DNA from: Botryllus schlosseri
Lineage: Eukaryota
Assembly (NCBI GenBank): GCA_051294905.1
Contig: CM119384.1
Location: forward strand, 10,540,001-10,604,000
Direction: 5' to 3'
Length of the DNA: 64,000 bases
Position numbers and translations under genes: made by a program. The notes beneath the pieces were generated by a model. That model was not told where the DNA came from and ran no database searches. It was given only the letters and a program-made list of their open reading frames with translations. Below, piece by piece: positions 56,118 to 64,000 of this stretch. Every line of letters starts with the position of its first letter. Within the stretch, counting starts at the first letter, position 1.

Positions 56118-57479
56118 ACGCCAATAACCTGCCTTCAGTGGCACTGGCATTAAAGTCCTGACGCGATTGATACAAGATGATACCGCGACACTCGGTCCTA
56201 GCCTGTGGACAGAGCATAGGTCTGCGTCTCAAGAGAGTTACGCCCTCCCAAAATCTCGACTCGTGTGATGTTGTATGTCACTCTAACTCGTCACACTTCG
56301 TGGTTTGTTGCTACACTCGCATGTTGCTGGATGGTTAGAACGACGACGTTAGTTGAACGTGTACCAATGAAGAAAACGACTGTTCCAAAGTAGTCAGATA
56401 TGATGTTATTTCTACTGTCCTTATCAAGATCATCTTTTTTAAAAATATTGTTTGGATATGATACTTTTTCACTTCCATTTTTATCTTGTCTATTTTAGGC
56501 CAGGCGCGGACTCATTGTTCTTGCAATGGTCCAACCGATTGGCCGTCCGTCGCATTTTTCTTCGTTTTTCCCTCGTGTTTCTACTGCTCTTTCGTACCGA
56601 TTTTATGCCTCGCTTTCATTCTTTATTGCATTGTGTCGTGATTTGTTGTGGATGAAGTACTTGCGTTTGATTTTTTTCGACTGCCAGCTACTATTGTGCT
56701 GCCGGCGCCCTGTGGACTGCGTCATGAATTGAATTAAAAATATGAGCTTACAGAATTCGTTAGTTTGCGATTATGATTGCAGTGCTCCATGAACATTATT
56801 GCAGTGGTCGCTCGATTCAAGTTACACTTGGTTACGGGTAAGATTGAGGGTTTGGGTTAGGGTTGGGTTTAGGATTACAAATGTCGGAAAAGCAGTTGTG
56901 GTAAACATTCGATAGTAAAACCGAAGCTCTTCAAAGTCGAGAACCATTAGGCAAGATAGAAAATTATTCAATCAATTCTGGTCACTACCCCGCCAAATAT
57001 TAGAACTTTAAATTTGGCCTTGACCTCTCTCATATAGACGTGGAATAAAATGTTCGCGTGTCCTCTGCTTTCTTCCGTTCTAAACGGCCTTATACGTGAT
57101 GAGCAAGAATAGCAGTTGGACCATAACCCTCAACCAAATTTGCCCGGCCCCCAGTTAGTACAATAGTAGTACACGTCCCCGATCATGTCCAATTCCAGCA
57201 TGCTCCATAATGACAATATCCGTCATATTATATTTTCATCCGATCAAGATGTCCAATGTAGCCAACAATGCGATAAAAGGATTTTATATGTAGAGAAAGA
57301 TTGCTAGTAGGAATACTGTATTGTTCACTAAAAATGGTCATTTTGCCAAATCGACTACTACGGGAAGACACGCTCTGACGTCAGTTTCTTTGTCATCAAT
57401 GCCGTTGAAATCCAGTTTTGGCGCCATGGCGTTTTTTAGTTGTGCTTCTACAATGTACAATGTACTTATGTACGGTACA

Positions 57480-57578
57480 ATCATCATCATCATCATTGGT
57501 TTATTAGCAATTTCATCAGTTCAATACACCACAAAAAATGCGATACAATGAAAAGAATGGAAGATGTCGAAGCGCCTT
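57480..57578 (-). mobile_element. LINE 3' end, same family as 52459 and 9817
   Basis: TCATCATCATCATCATTGGTTTATTAGCAATT...GGAAGATGTCGAAGCG is near-identical to 52460-52557. Confidence 0.75.
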
Positions 57579-59022
57579 GATGTCCAAAGCTATAAAGCAG
57601 GACATTTGGGCGTTTTATGAGAACATTTTCAATTTTTTTGCAAAAGTAGGACGAATCCTCCTAAATTAGGAAGTATGGTCATCGTCAGTGGTCACATGGT
57701 CAGGTCACCCTGCTGTTACGGGGAGATTCGCGTAGCCTTCGGCGCGAGAGAAACGCTGTCTCGACAGTAAGCACGATTCGAAGTGTCGGAGGTTTATCTG
57801 GGCTCCTCGTCATATGACTCGAGACTGACAGCCAAGACGGACATTTCCTTGTAATTTCGAAGAATAATATATGCGACCAGAACCTGCAAAAGTGAGGAAA
57901 AATAGTAGGCCTATGCGAACCATTCGATATCACCAGAGTTATATGTGGGTTTAGCAAGATTTTAACTGGAAATTTTACAGTCAACACAATGACTCGGACT
58001 CCAGTCATAATACCATGAATCGGACTCGACCCTCTGCTCTCTGACTTGTACTCGGTCTTGACTCGGCGGTCAATTGAAATGACTCGAGTCGAGTTGAGAT
58101 TGACTTGTGACTCGGAGCCTTGTGACTTGTTTACAACCCTGCGGATCAGTGGCATGATTTCAAAATGTTACCTCAAAATCCATAACTCTGTTTTTCACTT
58201 GAATACTTCATTATCAACGCTCTCCACAATACTATTAGATAGGCTACATTATATGACGGATTATGTGGACTCTATCAGACCACCGCCGTTATTCGCAAAC
58301 AGTGGAATTGGCTGAAACACGATATTGTTGGCCGATAACATGCAGTTGGCTCGGCCAGGGATCCCTGGGCTCGGCGTACGCGTTGTGAGGATACAAGAGA
58401 TTGTAAACACCAGCGATGGAATTTTGTTCATTGTTTTTATATCGCCCATTCACTATTCAGGTTTGTCTGCGGAAGACCGGGGCTGCAGCATGTATTTGGT
58501 CAAAGTAACAGCGGCGAGCCGCGAGACCAATTTATTTGAATTATATTCTTCGCGTAGCAACATATTTTCCGTCTATTTGACAGCATACGACGGTTTCGCG
58601 GTGGCGTTTCGCCTCCAATACCAATATTTGATCCATTTTCTAGAAAACTCTAAACTGAGTGAGCAGTGTGCAGTTTTATGCCTTCTCAGAATATAGTGTC
58701 AATGTCACCGATTCGTTCCTAATGATGGGCAAAGTGAAACCTCAACACCGCTGTCTGATGGTAATCATGTGACCTATGAGCATGAACAGTTGAACACCAT
58801 GGAAAACTGAATTCCATGGTTTCCATGATGAACACGAACATAAGTATGAACATGAACATACTCGACATTTGCTTTTTGAGGGATTATTTAATGGAAGTAT
58901 TTTTCACACAAAATCTCCACGCATGCTAGAATAGTGCTGGATCATACAAGCATTTTTCAATCTACTCAGAATTGCTTCGCGCGCCGGATGTTTGACACCC
59001 CTGTCGTAATGCATGCGTAACC

Positions 59023-59312
59023 GACAAGATAGCGTAATGGTTAAGCGTCCGGCTTCTTGATCGGTAGGTCGTGGGTTCGATTCCCGGCTGGGTCAGACCA
59101 AAGACCTGATTAGTAACACTGGTATCCATGGCTTCCCTGCTTGGCGCTCATGCATTGCTGGGATAGCATGGAGGGGTGGTGCATGACTTAGAAAGGAGGC
59201 TATATCTGCACTTCCTTGTCCAGCGGCATATGCACATCATGCACTCATGGTATGCATATGCGCAGATCGTGTGTATGTGTATCATGAGTCGGTGTATATG
59301 CCGCAAAAAAAC
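59023..59312 (+). mobile_element. tRNA-derived SINE
   Basis: The head has an A box TAGCGTAATGG and a B box GGTTCGATTCC, but the acceptor stem is mispaired (GACAAGA/CTGGGTC). It runs on into GGTCAGACCAAAGAC..GGTATCCATGGCTTCCCTGCTTGGCGCTCA and ends near an A-run at about 59305-59312. The 3' limit is approximate. Confidence 0.7.
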
Positions 59313-59587
59313 ATCAAGGACAAAAATAAACTACGTCCTTTCCTTCCAGACCTAAACGCTAAATCAGTGAAATAGGAACTGAACATGGTGCCTCCCCCCT
59401 TGCGCGTGAACGCGCAAAATTTTATTCGATAACCAGAAAATCTATTCCACAAAAAGTTAACCTACACTATTGTCCGTGTTGAGATGCCATTCAAAAGTTG
59501 TGAAATTGAGACATTACAAAGCATAAGCTAATGATGCAAGCCATTTGCACAAGTGAGTCTTTGATTGGCCAAGTTAACTCTATATAT

Positions 59588-61651
59588 CAGTGGTTCTCAA
59601 GGTTTTTCATCTCGCGGACCGGTAAAATTTCAAAAACTATATGGCGGACCGGTGGACCTTCAAAATTTATATCCAACCAGACTGTATAGTATACGACCAT
59701 TTTTTCGCAACTAATGGTAGTAGAGATTGACATTTTGAGGGTTTTATTCGTAATTAAATATTTTCATAAAGGTATTCACATGATTTCACGGTATAGTTAT
59801 AGTCTGCTGAGTCGAGGTAAAAATCCTCTGGCCCAGATAAAGTGCTAGCGCGGACAGTCGATTTATAGCTAACTAACGTGTGGATAGATGCGCAACACGT
59901 GATTAACGATTGAGTACCTAGATGCAGCTAGCGATTGCTGGTCGCTTCGTAAACAGGTATTGTATGCCAGCGGCCGGACAGCATTACGTATGGGGTTTGT
60001 TCGGTCTTTGTTACCACTCGGACATCATATCTGGGGTATGTTCGCAGTGTGTTCCGCCATTCGGACATCATATCTGGCGTGGATTCAGACTGCGTTGCCA
60101 TTCGTATATCATGTCTTTGGTATGTTCGTATAATGTGCCTTCCACCCATACTGCCAGTATATATGTGGTAGATTCGGACTGTGATCCGCCACACGGACAC
60201 CACGTCTGGGGGATGTTTGGAGTTTGTTAAAACTCGGATATCATATCTGGGATATCTTCGCACTCTCTTCCGCCACTGGGATATTATATCTGGTGTATAT
60301 TCGGACTGTGATCCACCACTCGATAATGACTGGGGTATATTCTGACTGTAATGGAAACTCGGGCATCATAACAGGTTATGTTTGGACTGTCTTGGCACTG
60401 AGATACCATGTCGGGGGTATTTCGCACTGTGTTCCGCCACTCGGACATCAAGCCTGGGGTATGTTTGGACTTTGTTGCCACTATGAAATCATGTCGTTGA
60501 TATGTTTGCACAATGTTACGTCACTAGGACATGATGTCCGGGTTGCCACAGGCAGAATATATCCCAGATATGATGTCCGAGTGACGGATCACAGTCCGAA
60601 TCAAGACCAGATATAATGTCCGAGTGGCAACACGGCCTGAAGATACCCCAGACATAATGTCCGAGTTGCGGAAGACAGTGCGAAGACATTCCATATATGA
60701 TATCTGAGTTGCAACAAAGTCCAAACATGCCCCAGTCCGTCTGGCGGCACACAGTCTGAATCTACCCGGATATACTGTCTGAGTGGAGGCGTAGTCCGAA
60801 CACATCTCGGACATGAAGTCCGAGTGATGCAACACGTTACGAACATACCAAAGACGTGATATCCGAGTGGCAACACATCTCCGAATCTACCCCAGATATG
60901 GTGTCCTAGTGGCGGAATATAGTGCATACAGCCCAGATACAATGCCTGAGTGGCAACATAACCCGAACATGCCCCACACGTGATCTCCGAGTGGCAATAC
61001 AGTCCGAATCTGCCCGAGACATAATGGTGACCGGCCGCTGGTACACAATATCTGTTGACGAAGCGACCAGCAATCGTCAGCTGCATCTGGGTAAGCCACT
61101 CAACCGTTAGTCACGTGTTTCGCATCTATCCGTAGGTTAGTTACCTATAGTCGATGACAGTGTATCGCGCCGAAGGCCGTGGATTAATCAACCACGCCAA
61201 CTCGAATGATATTCTTCTTTTCAACAATATCTAGAGAAGAAGCGTTTCGGAGTCGGAACAAGCACCTTGCTCATTTCCCTCTACCACCAGACATGCAATA
61301 CGCCGCACGAAACCACCTGGCAACAGCGATACGGAGTCATCCACAATATTAATGAATCGAAAACGAATGATCATGCAAACAGCGCGCTGCAGCAAGTCAT
61401 CTCGTAGACTTGTCATTCGCATGTCGTCACTGGAATCGGCTTGAACTTCAATTAGTTAAATCGAACATGTTTCCTGGCCTAATATTAGCTCGTGAAGTTA
61501 TGAATAGGCAATGTTTAAAATTTGATGTATTAATTTTTTCATCAATTGAGAAGGCTTCAACATTTTGGCTCTTGAAATTCGGGTATAAAATTTTAAAATA
61601 CCGGTCGGACCGGCAGAAAAGTCGTCGCGGACCGGCGGTTGAGAACCACTG
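59588..61651. mobile_element. hAT-type non-autonomous element (CAGTGGTTCTCAA terminus) carrying a foldback insertion
   Basis: TIRs are CAGTGGTTCTCAA and TTGAGAACCACTG, with subterminal GCGGACCGG repeats at both ends. Perfect TSD CTATATAT at 59580-59587 and 61652-61659. Confidence 0.9.
59864..61149. mobile_element. Foldback-type element: two long inverted arms, each with an outer unique domain and an inner array of 41-43-bp tandem repeats
   Basis: The outer about 130 bp (TATAGCTAACTAAC..GGATAGATGCG..CGATTGCTGGTCGCTTCGT..CCAGCGGCCGG) are mirrored at about 61020-61149. The unit CCACTCGGACATCATATCTGGGGTATGTTCGGACTGTG.. runs forward to about 60520 and in reverse complement after that. Flanks GTCGATT and GTCGATG match at 6/7. 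Confidence 0.85.
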
Positions 61652-61668
61652 CTATATATGTCCGAGTA

Positions 61669-62117
61669 TAGGATTGCATTTAAAACGAACGGTGTTTTGA
61701 AACACTTTGTTTAGAACATGTTTTAAACCGTTTTTTAAAAAATGCCTTTTTAAAAAAACTAAATTGTGTTTTTTAAGTTGTAAAATTAGGCCATATTTGT
61801 GCAAATACTTTCCAAGTAACATGTTGTATAAGCCTACGGACAATTACCATGAGATATAGCCGACGTATATCGATATGGGATGGTTGGAAAATAGTCGGTT
61901 CAACATTAATAGTACAGATATATTTCGTCAAAGGAGCTATATTTATCCTATATTTTCAATTGTCAATATCAATCCACTATGACGTTACAATTGAATATTC
62001 GTGACGTCATAGCTTCTAAAAATATTAAAAAAACAACAATGAAGAACATGTTTTAAATTAGGGCCTTGTTTTAAACATGTTCGTTTTGAATTGATTTTTG
62101 TTTTTAATGCAACCCTA
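61669..62117. mobile_element. MITE with TAGG(G/A)TTGCATT termini
   Basis: Ends are TAGGATTGCATTTAAAA and TTTTAATGCAACCCTA, with internal inverted AAAACATGTT blocks. No exact adjacent TSD. Confidence 0.6.
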
Positions 62118-62375
62118 TATGTCCGACCGATTCGGCATCGGCTAGCCAGTTGAGTTCAGTTGTTGCTAATAATTTTATCTTTTCTAAAACAACACACGAT
62201 TGCGATACAATGAAAAGATGGAAGGTGTCGACATGACTTGAAGTAGTTTTGAAATCAGATACACACCCGGGCCTTAACAACCATCAACCATAATTGGCAT
62301 GCTGGCGATCTTCCACGCGATGCAACGTTGTCAGTTAAACGAAAATAGTTGATTCGGTAACCGAAATCCCTATAT

Positions 62376-63863
62376 TCATTGTTTCGTGAAAACTAATCGA
62401 AAATTGCGATCCGTCTTGAAATTATCTAAAGTTCCGTTTAGTTTAGGCCTCCGGTCGCGTTGCGTGCTCGGTCTTGAATAACTAGAAATGGAACTGCTAG
62501 ATCTTGATCTGGCGTCAAGGCCGGTTAGATTCGGGGCAGGCTTTTTCCCCGCGGCATTCTCCATGCTCGCGGGGAACGGTAGAGCCGCTCGTCCATTTGA
62601 AGAGAAACTGGACGAGGGGGTCACCATCATCATGTCCGATTCACGCGTTTCTGGCTGACTGGAAGAAGCCGAGTTGGATCCGACAAACACCGGTTGGAAG
62701 TTGGCGAAAACTCTGTTGAAATTCCCTTCTCTGTTTTTCAATTCGTTTCTAAGCCATTCGTTTTCTCGTTTGATTCGCTCAAAGTCGGTCTGAAAAGATA
62801 GTATATAAAGCGTTATCTAATCAAAGATATCAACAGGAATACTAGGATATCGACATATGTTTATTACGATGTACAGAACTGATATTTCTATTTCCCCGTG
62901 CAGTTATAGGATAAGAGAACAATATGAAGACAAGCACCAATGTCTTTGTCGAACTTCAACTCTGTAACACAAAACCCATTCGTATTCCCCTCAGTCAGGC
63001 CGTTATCATGATTGAATTGGCGATTTTCTATGCATAATGTTCTAATAGAGTTTTATCGTGGCCACATGGCCAGTCCACGCCTGTCTGCTATACTTTAAGG
63101 TAAATTTCGCGACAATATGGGTTGACTTCACAAGTTCAGCGGTAACGGAACATGTGAAAGCGCATGAATTTAATCCACTCGAAAACAAATTTAATAAAGC
63201 ACCTTGTGGGTATATAACATGAATATTATATAACGAGACAAGATTACGTAGGTATAGAACCAAGTCTGTCAGATATCGCAGCTGGCAAACGTGTCCAGTA
63301 TCACTGCGAATAGGCCTCACTCTAAGTGAAAAGACCCAAAGGACCGATAAGGGTGTTACGCGAAAACAGAACCTAACTCAAAATTATATCGCGATGATAA
63401 ATTCTACGTGCATATACCTCCCTATACGTTCTTTCGTGCACGCATAATTTGGATTAAAATGTTGTGCTCGATTCATACCACGGTAAGTCTGAGTTACGTT
63501 CTCGTTTCGTGTGCCACAGGTGTATATTCACACTTATGTATGTCAGGGGTGGTAGATGGGTGGAAATACACACTCTTTTCGCTGAGCGTGCTGCTCTATC
63601 GAGCTGAAGAAAATATAGGCCAAGTCACGGTCGAATTATAAATATTGGGAGTAAACTTACTAATACTTTCATGCTCGTTTGAGGCTGGTTTAGTAATTCC
63701 GTTGACGGTGAGTCGGATTCCCTTTTCGTCGATTTTTTTGAAAGATTCAGTTCGCGCCGAAGTGACTTGACTTCATCTTCGTAAAGCTTATTTTTCTTTA
63801 GAATGTCTTGAAGCACTTTGTTCTTTTCGTCAGCAGCCTGTGTGATAGCGAAATTTATTGTTG
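62376..63863 (-). CDS. 3' exons of an unidentified coiled-coil protein; the gene continues beyond the window
   Basis: Exons 63863-63667 (..ADEKNKVLQDILKKNKLYEDEVKSLRRELNLSKK..) and 62789-62376 (TDFERIKRENEWLRNELKNRE, then a Ser-rich tail and stop) join in phase 0 with GT/AG sites. The peptides show heptad-like charged/hydrophobic patterning. Confidence 0.65.
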
Positions 63864-64000
63864 CTGCGTCAAACAATTCGCTCGCATACTGGGGCGTGAT
63901 CAATCACGTCAGTCATCGTTGGTATGCTATTTAACGAATAGTTACGACAATCTAACTCCCGAAAGTGATGCAAGTTCATTCAAACTTCTACTTGACAAAA

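Noticed and set aside
56836-56875. Telomere-like GGGTTAGGGTT tract (a related reverse tract lies near 28207-28245)
   Set aside because: It has only one or two perfect units. Such tracts occur inside interspersed repeats and do not indicate an interstitial telomere.
58250-58700. Coding-looking frames on both strands (58325-58696 + and short - frames)
   Set aside because: There is no recognisable domain, no consistent splice-site pair and no link to neighbouring genes.
59023-59094. Second tRNA gene (Lys/Arg-like loop)
   Set aside because: The acceptor stem is mispaired and there is no terminator after the head. It continues into a SINE-like body, so it is reported as a SINE.
59922-61110. Several overlapping 60-160 aa ORFs on both strands, and a superficial resemblance to a CRISPR array
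   Set aside because: They arise from the 41+43-bp repeat, whose period of about 84 nt keeps frames open. There are no unique spacers and no cas genes, and the array inverts mid-way, as expected for a foldback TIR.

Overview
Eukaryotic genomic DNA, AT-rich with many short GT-AG introns. It is probably from an invertebrate chordate such as a tunicate; this is an inference from gene content and intron style. On the + strand: the last two exons of an ErbB/EGFR-like receptor tail (1975-3318), a complete 23-exon PSMD1/Rpn2 gene (9208-40336), a complete 15-exon MAGUK of the MPP3/4/7 group (43853-51855) and an intronless cyclin B3 (54831-56117). On the - strand, inside the single 15.2-kb PSMD1 intron (20557-35766), lie a multi-exon 5-HT2-type serotonin receptor gene (33043 to 23416, possibly to 21983) and a tRNA-Arg(CCG) gene (34914-34986). 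The last exons of an unidentified coiled-coil gene lie on the - strand at the right end. Non-coding DNA carries at least eight hAT-type non-autonomous elements with readable 8-bp target-site duplications (TSDs), 3' ends of one LINE family, a tRNA-derived SINE, and a foldback-type element with a 7-bp TSD plus a 36-bp palindromic mini-derivative of it. All exon boundaries were read by eye. The PSMD1, HTR2 and MPP models each sum to whole codons with consistent intron phases. No database searches were run.
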